Source: Ophelia neglecta
Taxonomy: Eukaryota
Assembly: GCA_965285935.1 (NCBI GenBank)
Contig: OZ260664.1
Coordinates: 51,584,001 to 51,648,000, forward strand
Direction of reading: 5' to 3'
Length of the DNA: 64,000 bases
The translations under genes and the position numbers were made by a program. Shown here in pieces: positions 28,499-42,839 of the stretch. The notes under the pieces are model-generated. The model was not told the origin of the DNA. It made no database searches and saw only the letters and a program-made list of their open reading frames with translations. Each line of letters starts with the position of its first letter. The first letter of the stretch is position 1.

Positions 28499-31400
28499 TT
28501 ATGTATTTTAAGAACTTCAGATCTGCAATATATAGCAGTTTAATAGCAATATGTTGTTTTCAAAGAACTTCTGTCATACGTCCATCTCAAGACATCTTGA
28601 AGTAATTCAATGTTAAGCCTTTGTGTATTGAAAAAAATCACCCTGTCTTTTTCTTTTATTGTATGTAACTACTGATACTAGTAAATGAACCAACCACTCA
28701 ATGCCCCACCCAATCCCTACCACACTGCCTTGGGTTTAGTTCTCTCCTCTGTCATACCATTACATCCAGAGTCCAGACAGAGCAAACAGCCCTTAGTGAC
28801 TACCCTTACAATCGCCTTTTTAGCCTCCGCCTGCTCCCCCACCCACAGCCTCGCACCATTTAACCTTCCACGGGAGAAAGACTCCCCACTTTGTTATTTT
28901 CCCCCAAGTCATCATGGTTGTATCTAATAGCAGCCTTTGATTTTTTAGATAGTGTGCCAATAACTTGCCATTGTTTGTTTTTTGTTGCTTTATGTATTTA
29001 ATCTAATTTATTGCATATTAATGGGTTGCTTTATATGCTGCAAACTTTTATCATTTTACCATATTCAAGGGGTGTCCCACAAATAATCAGAAATGGTTTC
29101 ATTTCTTGGACCCTGCTCAAGCCTACCCACCCAAAACTTGCTGCCCACCTGGTTAATACCTCAGCTTGCTGAGGCCCCTAGATGGGTGGCATAGCCAGAA
29201 CTTCTCCAATATAGAGAAGACACTAAATGGCCCGAATGGTGCTTGTGTTGTTTAACCAAAAAAATCCAATCTATAATCCAATATGGAGTGATGTCGCAAC
29301 TCTAAGCCGTACCACTGAGCCATGGTGGAGATACAAATCTTTGGATTGTTGAGTGTCCGACTCAGGGTTTGATTCTTGCATGTGCCACAGCTGATTTTTT
29401 CCCCTCTCACACATAAAGTATTGTATTCTGTGCCCTAGCTTTCTCAAAGCCCTGAAGTAGTCTGATTAACTTTGCCTCAAACACACAAACCATAGACAAT
29501 AGAGGAATGTTGGTGAATTTGATGAGCTAGTCTTTTAGAGCCCATGTTGAGTTGTTATTAGTACCAATGTATTGTAGGAAATGTTCTCTATATATGCTTT
29601 AGGCATCACTGTCCCTTTTCTTTTATGTCTAGAAAAGCCACAAAGATTCTGAGCTATGTATTCTATTACCAATAAACATTTTTTATGGCTGTTCAACATG
29701 CACTTTTGCTTCCTTGTTTTCCTCCTTGGGCTATGCTGGCATGTCCTTTGCCTTTAAATGCTCTCCAATGGCCTCTAATGGCTTTGGGTGAGATTGCCAT
29801 TGTGTATGTAGTGCTTGCACAGAGAAAACAACAGAAGACAAACAGCTCTGACCGATACTTTGCCACCCTACCTCCTGAATTCTTTTACCCGTGATGGATA
29901 ATTTGGCAATTGGAAAAAATGTTCATGCCGTTTTCATCACAGCACGAACCATGTTGGGAGCTAATGGGGCTGTCTAGATGTGTTGGTTGGCATACCGCTT
30001 GTGAACAGCTATCCCCCTAAGGCTCGCCAGCCAAATTACCAGTCTGAGAGTTACTTTGAAATTGGGAGGGTTTGGGTTTATTACACTCAAGGGGCCATCA
30101 AAAACTAATGGGGTCATTTACATTCATCTTTATCATAACTTTTGCGGCATTTAAAATAAAAAAAGTTTAGAATTTGACAATGACATGTTGGCAATGTTTG
30201 TTTTCTGGTAATTTGATGATCTAGAAGGAGACATGGAAAGCAGGGCTGCTGTTTAAGTCCAGTTTGGTTGGTCAATTACCGTTGCAAACCTGGCCATCCA
30301 CCTGCTGTAATCTCATCTATAAAGTTGACATCAATATTGCAGAACTGAATGTCAGTCATATTGGCAATGCAGCCTGAAGAATGGCTGTTTGGTTTGACAC
30401 ATTTTAATCTCCCATATTGGTTTGTCCATGAGAAGATGCAACTGTCCGACCCACCGGTCCCTAGTCTGACCTCTAAACAACTGGTAGGATATCCATGCTC
30501 CAGGTCATTCATAAGGTCATGTTATACGAGTAAGGCAATTACCCAAGCCTTGGCTCTCCTGTGACCCGCTTCTGATGTATTCTGACCAGTGTGAACAATA
30601 AAGATTTCTGCTCCCAAGTGTTGATTTGCCCTGTGGTCAGTGAGAGTATAAAAGTCCCTTGGCTGCCTGCGGGGCTTGCAAGCCACAATATTATTGCCCT
30701 AGCTAGCTTGCATCAAAGAATTTGAATTGCAAGACACAGACTCTAGTGGAGACTCAGATGGATAATTTATTAATCCCTTGGTGATGGTTGAAGTGCCAGA
30801 CTGAAGATTTAGGTGTGGGCTGGGCAGTTAGAGCCTGGAGATGATTTATCTTGGACGAGCCATCACTGACTAATGAAAGCAGTCTTATGAATGTATGCAT
30901 TACAAAGCTGCTATGTGTTTGTTCAAGCTCACTCCTGAATTTAACTTTAATGTACTTTGAAGCAAAAAACCAAACTTAAAAAACTGTCTGTATGTTAGCC
31001 TCTAAGTAGACTGGCATGCAATGCATATCCTATGATATGATTAATATTTCTGTCGGCTGGTTATGTTCAGTGAAAAGCTATTTGATTAATCTTTTAAAGT
31101 TAAGCCTCTTTCTCCAGAAGAGTTTGTCAAGTTGGTTTAGGCAAAGCTTATTAATCTGAGGGGATGCCATTGTCAGTAGTAGCAGTGTTGGGTGGACTGG
31201 GAGATGACCAGTGGCAGATATTGATTGCCAAGCTGTTAGGATCTCATGATTGATTAGATCTCCTGTGGCACTTCCTCAGACCAGTGGTCATCTCCTAGGG
31301 ATGGTCCTTTAAACCATACATCTACAGGGACTGGTGTTGTTATTCTTTATCAATGCAAAATAATATCTATTTTAGTTATGCATAATATATGTTTTATATA

Positions 31401-34229
31401 GTAATTAACTTATCTGAGGAGAGTAGACCAACTAAATGCCAGTCCATTAAGAGAAGGAACTGCCTTTGATATGTCCATTTTGGATAATTGTACCTAGTAT
31501 ATAACCATATATATAGTGCATGAATTCCATATATTCCTTAGTGTCCTTAATATCAGGAGGCTAGTAGAAAAAAACTAAATGTACATGTATATTGTTCCAA
31601 TTTTCCTTTATCAAGCCAGTTCTGAACAAGTCAAGCCTATATAATAGTACAGATAGATGAGTGCAGTAGCATCTGGTATGGTAGCAATGTCTCTCTTCTC
31701 TCTTTTGGATGCTTTCTCATAATTTTTTAAGCACCATATTCATGGAGCCTAGTCCAATTAATTGTGAAGTAGCAGAGTTGTTAATAAATGCAACCAATCA
31801 TCACTGTTTGTTAACTACAAGCTTATTTGTCAATCATTTTAAAAGTTTTGGTAATGATTATATCAAAGAGAAGTCGAAACATTGAATTTTTCTATAATAA
31901 AAAGCATGCAGGTTTTAAGAGACACTATAAGGCAACCAATCCGACGTGGGCAGAGCACTTTTTACAATAAAAGGCTGGTATCAATCAATAGTGGAGACAT
32001 AGTGGCAACAACCAGCCAAAGACACCACTGACATGCCAGCAGTGGTACCACTGTTCCTGGAATTGTCACAGCTAGTGCATGGCTCTTTCCCATTTTTCAA
32101 GTTTGAGCCTATCCTTTATACAGTTCCTAGGTATCTGTATAGAGAGCTTGAGTAGTTATACATTAATTGGTTAGGGCCTGGGAGTAGAGTTGACCAACAT
32201 TTTCTTATTTCTGTATTTATAAATGTCCAGGGGTATGTGATGTGTTAAAGGAAGCAAACACCATTTGATAATATGACGCCTACACCAGAACCAATGCAAT
32301 TACACCGGTATCTCATTTGATTCTGGAACTGGAAAAAGGATTTAAAGAAGAAATGCTCACAGGACATGTAAACTGATGATACATCCTAATTAGCCTAATT
32401 ATGCCTGCCATCTGAAAGTGGAGAACAAAACTGCATTTATTCACAGTTTTACATAGAAATTCTTGCAGACTGAACATTCCTTGAACCAAAGATGCTGTGC
32501 TGCTAATATAATTTGCCAAATTTGTGACCGAGCAAGTCAGCATCAGCTGGGCTTTTGGTACCATGCCATGTATGGCAGCTTACTGTATTGACAAGCTTCA
32601 TGTAGATCAACAGAGTCACAAGCGCTTGCATGGCAATGGCCAAGAAGTGAAGCAGAAGTTTTTGAGAAAGTCTTGAACAGTGCTGGAACTCATCCTTGCT
32701 GTAATACAGGATGGTGAAACTCAAGTCTACCGAATATTAAAAGAATAATGAAGAGAGTTCTACAATGAAATAGGAAAGAATCCTGTAATTAACTCATCTG
32801 CTTGATTTTCAGGACAACTGATTCAACCAGTGACATTTCACTGGCACCATAACCATTTAACAGTATCAAGTGTATTGTGAAGACTTGTATATCTTTAAAG
32901 ATATTCTAATATTTAGTTAGAATTAATGTCATTAGCCCACAAATGAGATTCACCGATCACATCTCCTTGAAAATACATAGTTTATAAACTGGTATATCCT
33001 CTTCAGTCACTGGTTTATAGGTTAATGGTGTATTTATGATGTTTACATTGTTCTCAGGCCAATTTAATGACAACTCTTCCAAAAAAGCTGCTGTCATCAC
33101 CTGGTCCCTTGGAAGTGTTGACATTGTATGTGCAGAGCCTGCCAAATCTGGGTAACTATCTGGCCTGTCATGTCATAGCAGGAAGCAGCTGGTAGTGGCT
33201 GGTAGCAGGCCTGCCTTCACAGCTTTTCAATAACCCATCCGATGTAACAATTTGTAGTTTATATGCCATTGTGTCTTCTATGGCATCTTCTCAATGAGTT
33301 TTTTGAAATGTGAAGAGACAAATGAGCTTTTATCATTTTTTGTTGTTGACAAGTGTGGTTAATTCATCAGTTTTTGTGTTATTTCTTAAGGACAGATTGA
33401 ATACCTGGATTCTTTGAAATCATATAATTACACAGAAGAAAGTTAAGTTTTAGGGCACATAGCATAAAATAGGAGGTTTCATAATTTACTTGTTTCACAT
33501 GCAGTATAATACTTTTATTCATACAGGTGTAAGCATAGCACAAGCTGCTTGAGACTGCACCATTAACAAATCTTTAAGATTTACCACAGTAATAATAATT
33601 CATTGCCACTCTGTCACAATTATCATTGAGATTGAATATCAAATTGGCATGGAAATGTTAGGTTATACATGGTTAAAAATATATGCACAAATAGTACAGA
33701 ATGATATGATATGAAGAATGCCAATTTAAGGAAAGAATTCTTTTTCTATTGTGTAAAGAATGATATTTTTCAGCACAATTTCCTTGATATAAAAAAATGT
33801 CTAAATATAATGGATAAAAAAAGGTCGATACCGTGTGCAGAACAATTTCTGCTATGCACATTTTACATTACTTTAATTACTAAACTGTTTTCCTGTGTCC
33901 GGTATGCCACTCTTTGGTTCACATGCACTTGAGGGCCTGTAGGTATCCCTCTGTCATCAGTAACATGTCTTAAGGATTGGATTTTAGATGTGTGACATTA
34001 TGTATATATCATATAACATAGGTACATATTAATTGAGAGTGAAGTTAGAAGTCAGATTGAGGGTCAATTTTCTCTTCTAAAGCATTCACACACAATGTGG
34101 ATAAGTACATCTACCTTGTCAATTGTGTTATATAGCACACTAAAAATCAGTGTATTATAGCCAAATTACACTTGACTTCCCTCAAAAAGAAATGAAGTGG
34201 GCTATAAAACCACTGAAGTACACTCAACT

Positions 34230-36330
34230 CTCCAAGGAGGTATGGTATGTGAGAGGCATACGGGGACTCGCAATGTCCCACCTTCTATCTCTCTACTTAC
34301 CACACCTCCAAGGAGGTATGGAATGCGAGAGGCATACGGGGACTCACAAGGTCCCATCTTCTATCTCTCTACTTACCACACCTCCAAGGAGGACTCACAA
34401 GGTCCCACCTTCTATCTCTCTACTTACCACACCTCCAAGGAGGTATGGAATATGAGAGGCATACAGTGACTCACAAGGTCCCACCTTCTATCTCTCTACT
34501 TACCACACCTCCAAGGAGGACTAACAAGGTCCCACCTTCTATCTCTGTACTTACCACACCTCCAAGGAGGACTCACAAGGTCCCACCTTCTATCTCTCTA
34601 CTTACCACACCTCCAAGGAGGTATGGAATGTGAGAGGCATATGGGGACTCACAATGTCCCACCTTCTATCTCTCTACTTACCACACCTCCAAGGAGGACT
34701 AACAAGGTCCCACCTTCTATCTCTCTACTTACCACACCTCCAAGGAGGACTAACAAGGTCCCACCTTCTATCTCTCTCTACTTAGCACACCTCCAAGGAG
34801 GTATGGAATATGAGAGGCATACAGTGAGTGACTCACAATGTCCCACCTTCTATCTCTCTACTTACCACACCTCCAAGTAGGTATGGAATGTGAGAGGCAT
34901 ACAGTGACTCACAAGGTCCCACCTTCTATCTCTCTACTTACCACACCTCCAAGGAGGACTCATAAGGTCCCACCTTCTATCTCTCTACTTACCACACCTC
35001 CAAGAAGGTATGGAATGTGAGAGGCATACAGGGACTCACAAGGTCCCACCTTCTATCTCTCTACTTACCACACCTCCAAGAAGGTATGGAATGTGAGAGG
35101 CATACAGGGACTCACAAGGTCCCACCTTCTATCTCTCTAACCACACCTCCAAGGAGGACTCACAAGGTCCAACCTTTTATCTCTCTACTTACCACACCTC
35201 CAAAGAGGTATGGAATGTGAGAGGCATATGGGGACTCACAAGGTCCCACCTTCTATCTCTCTACTTACCACACCTCCAAGGAAGACTCACAAGGACCCAT
35301 ATTCTATCTCTCTACTTACCACACCTCCAAGGAGGCATGGAATGTGAGAGGCATACGGGGACTCACAAGGTCCCACCTTCTATCTCTCTACCTACCACAC
35401 CTCCAAGGAGGACTTGCAAGGTCCCACCATCTATCTCTCTACTTACCACACCTCCAAAGAGGTATGGAATGTGAGAGGCATATGGGGACTAACAAGGTCC
35501 CACCTTCTATCTCTCTACTTACCACACCTCCAAGGAAGACTCACAAGGACCCATATTCTATCTCTCTACTTACCACACCTCCAAGGAGGCATGGAATATG
35601 AGAGGCATACGGGGACTCACAATGTCCCACCTTCTATCTCTCTACTTACCACACCTCCAAGGAGGCATGGAATGGGAGAGGCATACAGGGACTCACAATG
35701 TCCCACTTTCTACCTCTCTCTACTTACCACACCTCCAAGGAGGACTAACAAGGTCCCACCTTCTATCTCTCTACTTACCACACCTCCAAGGAGGTATGGT
35801 ATGTGAGAGGCATACAGGGACTCACAAGGTCCCACCTTCTATCTCTCTACTTACCACACCTCCAAAGAGGACTCACAAGGTCCAACCTTCTATCTCTCTA
35901 CTTACCACACCTCCAAGGAGGTATGGAATATGAGAGGCATACGGGGACTCACAATGTCCCACCTTCTATCTCTCTACTTACCACACCTCCAAGGAAGACT
36001 CACAAGGACCCACATTCTATCTCTCTACTTACCACACCTCCAAGGAGGACTCGCAAGGTCCCACCTTCTATCTCTCTACTAACCACACCTCCAAGGAGGC
36101 ATGGAATGTGAGAGGCATACAGGGACTCACAAGATACCATCTTCTATCTCCTTACTTGCCAACCCTCCAAAGAGGTATGGAATGTGAGGCATACAGGGGC
36201 TTACAAGATCTCATCTTCTGTCTGTCTACTAACCAGTCCTCCACCAAGGGAGGGAATGTGAAAATCATACAGGACCTATCTTCTATCTCTCTAACCCTCG
36301 AATCTACTAACCAACCTTCCAAGGAGTTAT
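34230..36330. repeat. Composite satellite of 51-bp and 76-bp units; the 76-bp units are self-complementary
   Basis: Core GACTCACAAGGTCCCACCTTCTATCTCTCTACTTACCACACCTCCAAGGAG (51 bp; e.g. 34341 to 34392) with or without a 25-bp insert GTATGGAATGTGAGAGGCATACGGG (76 bp; e.g. 34392 to 34468). Decays after ~36130. Confidence 0.97.
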
Positions 36331-36562
36331 GAAATGATTGAGAAGCATCCTGACTTTATGTGAAAGTTAAACAACTACATGTCTTTTTAAATACACATAG
36401 ATCTGGGCTTAATATTGAACAGACATTTTGCATGATGCTTTGATGATGAACTATCTAAAAGATGTTTTTGAACCAGTTCATCATGGCTTGTAATCTTGAT
36501 ACATGTAAAATTAGCCGAACATGGGTTATTGTCATTGAGAGTGCTATTGTGCATTTATATTG

Positions 36563-36585
36563 ATGGCACTACAAACCCTCTCCAG
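36563..36585 (+). CDS. Weak candidate short first exon MALQTLS(+AG), phase 2 (or recursive-type site)
   Basis: ATG GCA CTA CAA ACC CTC TCC AG|GTGAGC. Strong donor, but only 7 codons. Confidence 0.3.
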
Positions 36586-38846
36586 GTGAGCTACCTAGCC
36601 TGTCACCAGGAAATTGGTACAGTCAATGATTTAGATTGCCACTCATATTACTAGCTTATTGAGTGGCTCCCCCCTCCCCCCTTCCAACTTTTCCCCTGGA
36701 AAGATCTTCCAAGAATTCTTCCAGACAAAACATTATTTAATAACTAAGAATGTTCATTAGGCCAGCTGTGTGCAATAAAAAAAAAATAAAGCAACACCAT
36801 CCACCGTGATTGTTCCAGTACTACATCACTGACACACGCATGTCCCTTGCGACCTCCCTCAGGACCCCGAGTTCCTTGTGTGAAACACACTTATGGCATC
36901 AACATCATTTTTGGGTAAAGTCTCGTTGACAATGTCACATGCGGGGAGCACCCAAAAGTGCCCTGGTCTTAGCCATTAACAATATCTAAAACCCAGCAGC
37001 TGTGTGCCATGTTCACATGGCCAGTACACCTGTGGGAATGTGTTAATTGGTGCCTGCCTTCTAGCCAGATGCTCACCTGAGAGCCTGATCACATGAGTTC
37101 ACGTAGCATCCAGTATCCAAAAAATCTTGTGTGGGGAGATACTAATAGATTAAGTATTAAAACTAAAACTTTTTCCATTAACTTTTATATGATAGTTAAT
37201 GTTGAATCTCAAATGATGGGTGTTTGGTGACAAAAGTAAAATATTGGAATTGTGTTTTCTTTTTTCATGATAAAATTTCACTGTGAAGTAAAGTTCTACT
37301 ATATTCTATTCAAGAGTTTGGCCTTTATGATCACATAATATTACATGATTGAGGACTAATGCCAATGTGATTGACTTTTCTTAACGCATTAACGTGTAAT
37401 ATCATGAACAACCAACTATACACGGAAATATCCAGTGCCAACAACAGTTACAGGCGCAATAGATTTTTGGGTGTGCCACTTATGAATTGCCAGCCAATGA
37501 ACCATGTCAGATTTGTCTTTGACCTTTCAATCAGCATGTATTGGAAATCTACAGGACTTATCTGTGGTTTCATAACTCCAGTAAAACAATTCAGTCTATT
37601 ACTAAACAACACTAGTTTTATATCAGCAAATAAGTGTTTTTGTCTGCCAGAAGTCAAGAATGGTGCCCCACGTGGTGCTTTGTTGATTCAACCACCAGTA
37701 CAGGATATTTACTGGTTAGGTGGCATAGCATGGTAATAGTTGGCACACAATACATTACCCTTGTATAGAAATCCAGCTTTGTTTTTATTTAGCTGCATAG
37801 GTTTGCATTAAGGATTTGTGCTTATAATTTGTTTTGTTGACTTCTGAATTAGTAGACTGTAAAGTTGTAGCACGTCGATGTGCCAAACATATCTGGTGCT
37901 CGGAGTTTATGGCTAACCTAGTTGGATAAGCATGTATGGAATTATGTGAGATTAAGACACTATGAATGAGGATTATAGTAATGTTGATGGAAGAATATCA
38001 CATATGATCAGGCTGCTTGTGTTCTCTGACATTGAAGTTATATTTATGACCATATATTATATTATATTTAATATACCCTGATCAGTACATGCAAGGTCCT
38101 GCCGTCATGGCTACACATTGATGTGTCTTTATATGTGTGGGGTCCAAACCTGAAATGTGACAATACGATACTCAGTGAAATGCTGCTTTGTGTTGATATA
38201 TTACATGTGTATTATTGTGTATACCATGTAAAATATGTGATCCAATAAATCATGGAATTCAGAGAACCCAAAGTTTGGAAATGCCAGTATTAATGTACAC
38301 CACTAAATGCTTTTATTAGCAACATGTCCCATGAATGTTCAAAGGTACACAAGTCATGTTTGGACATTGTTCCACTTCTTTAGATATCTTCATTTGGATC
38401 GATTGAGCATCATTATCAACTGATTCTGTTAATAGACACAAATTTCACACACACACACACACACTTCTCCGACTAACTTAGACTTGATACAATTAGTCAT
38501 TTGGACAGTGGTGATTACATTTCTTAGCTGTGTCTCAGTGATTGTGAATCGAGATAGATTCTGATGAATGGGTCTCTTCACTCTACATCATAATTAACAT
38601 CCTTGTTATAATTATGGAATTTGTAATATCTAGTCATTGTGACAGATTTGTGTCTAACTGATCACCTAATTAGGATATGCATTGTAAAAGTACATGTAGA
38701 TTGAATTTTATATTCAGTTGCTGGATATTGGGAGGGTCAGTAATCAGTCGGATGTATTCTCTTAGAGTACATGCCTTCCCATTGAGAAGCCGCTATCTCA
38801 CAGCACAAACGTATATGCAAAACTCAGTTGCTCAATCACTTTCAGG

Positions 38847-38923
38847 ATGTTTCGTCGGAAGCCTAAGATTTGCCGTGCATGTTCTAAAGAGGACTTAGCT
38901 GATTATAATGAAAACAAAGGAAG
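38847..38923 (+). CDS. Candidate alternative first (or 78-nt cassette) exon MFRRKPKICRACSKEDLADYNENKG(+AG), phase 2
   Basis: 25 codons + 2 nt, donor AAG|GTAAGG, CpG-retaining island, no upstream in-frame ATG before a TAG. An acceptor-like CACTTTCAG|G lies immediately before the ATG. Confidence 0.6.
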
Positions 38924-41900
38924 GTAAGGAGAGAACAGAACAAATGAATCTGTTTTTTAGTTGTGATTTGTTAGTTCTTTAAAGTTCAATACTATTAGGC
39001 TAGCCTGGTCAGAATGTAAGAGTACAATTTTAGAACTACATAAATTTAATGCCATTAATTTGGTAACCTAAGTAAATGCAGGGGGCTTTTAGAATTTTTT
39101 AAAAAGTTCTTAGTGAACATAAGTGAGCCAAGTCAGAGAATGAAGCGTGATGAAATTCAAATGTTTTTGTTGCAAAAACGAATAAGTCAAACTCTCCCAG
39201 CTTCAGCTGCATGCCCCTAATCTCATGGGAGCATAAAGTAAGGAAAGTATGTTTACTGTTTAGTTTTAGAAGACATTCTAAAGAGCAAAATGGCCACCAG
39301 ACTACGTCATACAAGATATCAGTCAAGTATGGTAAACGCTTAAAGGTGCAAGAGGAAAAAAGTCTAACTTGATCTCTTCATAGCCTGTTTTAGCCTGATG
39401 TTTACCCAAAATTTGTGAGCCATGAAATTAGGTCTAAACCCCTCCAAGTGTGTGTAGCCAGAGGTTTTTAAGCCACTAATAGTGTCTGCATGATTAATAA
39501 ATCAGGAGGTAACTGTTTGCCCTCATTGAGAATTTTCATTGGAAACACTACAATTGTTGAAACACCTTAGTCATATTTCAACAGGATATAAAATGAAAAA
39601 TAGCCCAGTATATGAAACATTTGCCCATTTAAAAACAGTCTTCACATTATACTGCATATGGCAACTGGTTAAATTTTTTGTGTCTTGGCCTGTCATATTG
39701 TCATTGTCTAGAAGATGGATTAGGTTTCTCAGACTAGTGGCTATGATTAAGGCCCCTCAACCTCATCAGTCAATGTTGAAATTGTGCTTTTACTACCAAA
39801 CCATTGGAAGATGTGGGAGAAACAGTTGCCATAATTATTCATATGTGGCAAGACATGCAACACCAAAAAGTTGGCCACAAGATATTTATTATGTGTACTG
39901 TACCGTCTACAGAGTAGCAGGGATAAGTATAGATTGTTAGAATGTCATAGAGATTGATTGTAGTTAAGTTATTGAGGATAGTAAAAATTATATCCCTTAA
40001 ACTGTGTATTATATAAAATTGTAGTTGCTTGGACACACTTATGAATATGATGAATTTGATTTAAGTCAATGGCTGAAGGATTTTACAGGAATGACAGACA
40101 CCTGAATTAGAGTTTGTAGCTGTTTTCTCTGGTTATGTGCTTTTGATTGTGATCTTGTGATCAGGTCGTGATATTGTTGAGTTGATTGATGGTGTGACTT
40201 GTACATATATATGTACACTTTACATGTACATGTATGTCTCTGGAGAACTGTGCTTTTTAAATTTGATTGTACTATATATTTTTATGGTGATTGTATTACA
40301 TATTTTTATTGTGATTTAAAGATCAATGTATCATTCAGATGGAATAACAGTTTGTGGATAAAAGTCACAATCTCTAATCCAGAATAAGAATATGATACAC
40401 ATTTATTAGGTGAAATAGGTGATGTTTTTAACAACTTAATCAGCAACTTCCAGGACTAGTTTAATCAAGAAAACTCAAATGAAGTCAATGCAGTCTGGAA
40501 AAAGATTGAAATTCATAGACTTTTACCTAACTCTAATCTTTGAATCTTTTTGTTCACAAAACACGGCTGGATATTGTCATGAAATTAAATCCTGATGTAT
40601 TGTAGAAGAAATATCTACTTCTGCATCCAATTTAATCCAACCACATGTATATCCTGATCAATTGTACTGTCATGCATCATCCATTTTACATAGAATTTAT
40701 GTACTAACCCTTTCCATGTGTACCAAAAGTAGCTAGGCTTACAAAACCTGTGAAATTGAGAAGTATCAAGGCTCCTAATTGTGCCAGCTCCTTCAGAATC
40801 AGTTGGTAAGCCCAGGCAATTAGGACATAAAGATTGGGAGGGGGGATGGAGGAGGTACGTCTCCATGGATTGTTATGATGTTGCCGGTCTCCGTTGCATG
40901 TTCCAGGATCATAGCCAGAGGCCCAACTGAAGTGTATTAGAATGGTCATAAAAATAACTCCTTGATCTAATATTTCACAAATAAATCCTACCTTCTTTAG
41001 CTTTCCTTATAAATTTCACAAACAATGCTAATAATTTAATATCATCTGACATTTGGCATGATATCTATTCATCCATCAATTCTCTTTGATACCAAAAATG
41101 AAAATAAAGAATCAATATAAAATGATCATTCCATTTCAAGTAATGGTGTTGTTTATTGATAATGCACATTCTATTACCAACCCAGGAAAATAAATAAGAC
41201 AAGGTGGTTGGTTTATCCCCGTTTAAGGAGAAGGATTCAACTGAATGGGTATCACGGACTACTGAGGTCGAGTAAACTGGATGGGCTATTATGCTAGAAG
41301 AAACTTGGTTTAGGATAGGACCATTAATTTTTATTCAATTAAAAGCCAAGCCACGTTCTTTCCAGCACTTGGGTCTTTGATTTGGAAAGGAACAGAGATT
41401 GAATAAAAAAACATTATATCTTCAATATACAAATGTGCAAATTAAGAATACGTACTGCGGACAAAGTGGTCATGAATTAAAAAAAGATTTAATGTATGAA
41501 AAAGGTAACTTGCCTGTATTATAGAGCCTTGGCTTTGTCTAACATCAGGCCATGGCCCTTTATTAATAGAAAGTTCCTGTTTCTTGTCAGATGAACTTAG
41601 TGTAGAAATGGTTAAAGCAAGCAGAGGGGGAGGGAGGGATTATTGGTGTCAAGGGCATGCAGGTCAGAGTAAGGGTGAAGGTGCTGGTGACAGGCATTGT
41701 GATGCACCCCCTAATCTCTGGTAGCTGGCTGGAAGGGACACACTGTTGGAGATTAAATGATTGGTGTACATTTATGGGGGTGGAAAGATTGTTGAATTAT
41801 GGTATGTTTTGACATCAAATGAAATGTCTCCCTGCATTGTGCTGTCCACACAGATGGTGCTTATATGGACTGACAATAATTGAGCCTGAGCTATTAAAGC

Positions 41901-42839
41901 TCAATGATATTAACCATAAATAAAGATTTGATAACTACCTGGATGGTGTAAATTTTTGCTACTGTCATAAAAGCAGGCTTACTTGCATCAAATAAAAGAT
42001 TGCACAAATTCGCTAAAAACAACAACAACGAATAATATGTGGTCTGCTATTAAATAATGTGACATGTTTACTAGGACCATACAGCGCTGGCCTGCTGAGC
42101 CTCTCGATCCTTTAATTGTGAAAACCCATGGGTGTGGATAGGGTTTTCTCTGTTGTTATTGTGAAAATCTGGCAGATACCTATGAATTTGGAGGCACTGT
42201 TGACAGTTTAACTTCCCCAATACAAGAAAAGTGACTGTTATCCAGCAGCGACTAATTGTTATCATGAAAGAAAGCTGTGTTCAAAACCACGGATGTCCAC
42301 TGGGGAAGTTGGACAGACTGGTGAGCATAATTACACATATACTGGTACACGGAGCTAGCAATTATAGCCGCTCGTCTGCAGGGACAGCTAATAGCAAGGC
42401 TTAAGAGCTCAAGGTCTTAACTGGACTTGAAGCCTTAAAGTTCTTACCATGATTACGGAGTAACTAGCTGAACATGTCCTAATCTCGTGGTTACATTATG
42501 TGTTGCATTTTGAACGTGGGCCTTTATATTTTCAATGTTATCATCAAACCAGGATATAATGTAAATTGTCAAGTATTGGCATTAATTTATTCCATTTATT
42601 TACTGTCTCTTGTTGGCATCTTGATAGCACCTGCATTTGGTTTATTATATGTAACATATATTGTTTTATGTGCATTTGTAACAATTTAGAAACGTATGTA
42701 GACATGTCTGTTTTCTACTGAATGATGGTCATCACACTCCATTTAATTGTAAGTTGCCTGCCTAGATAGATAGACATGTCAATAGTGAAGGTCCAGAAAC
42801 ACCCCTTCTCCTCATGCCATTCATTACACAAGCCTGCTA

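Noticed and set aside
34230-36330. CRISPR-like or hammerhead-ribozyme interpretation of the repeat-plus-insert array
   Set aside because: The inserts are near-identical rather than unique spacers, there are no cas genes, the context is eukaryotic, and no hammerhead core (CUGANGA...GAAA) is present in the unit.
34150-36332. Cluster of ORFs with PPSISLLTTPPRR repeats
   Set aside because: Satellite translation. The 76-bp units shift the frame repeatedly and introduce stops.
42263-42326. ORF plus donor CTG|GTGAGC; also 63357-63416 ending TGG|GTAAGG
   Set aside because: The ATG-initiated frames exit in phase 0 or 1 and have no other support. They are kept as counter-examples showing that background ORF+donor pairs occur.
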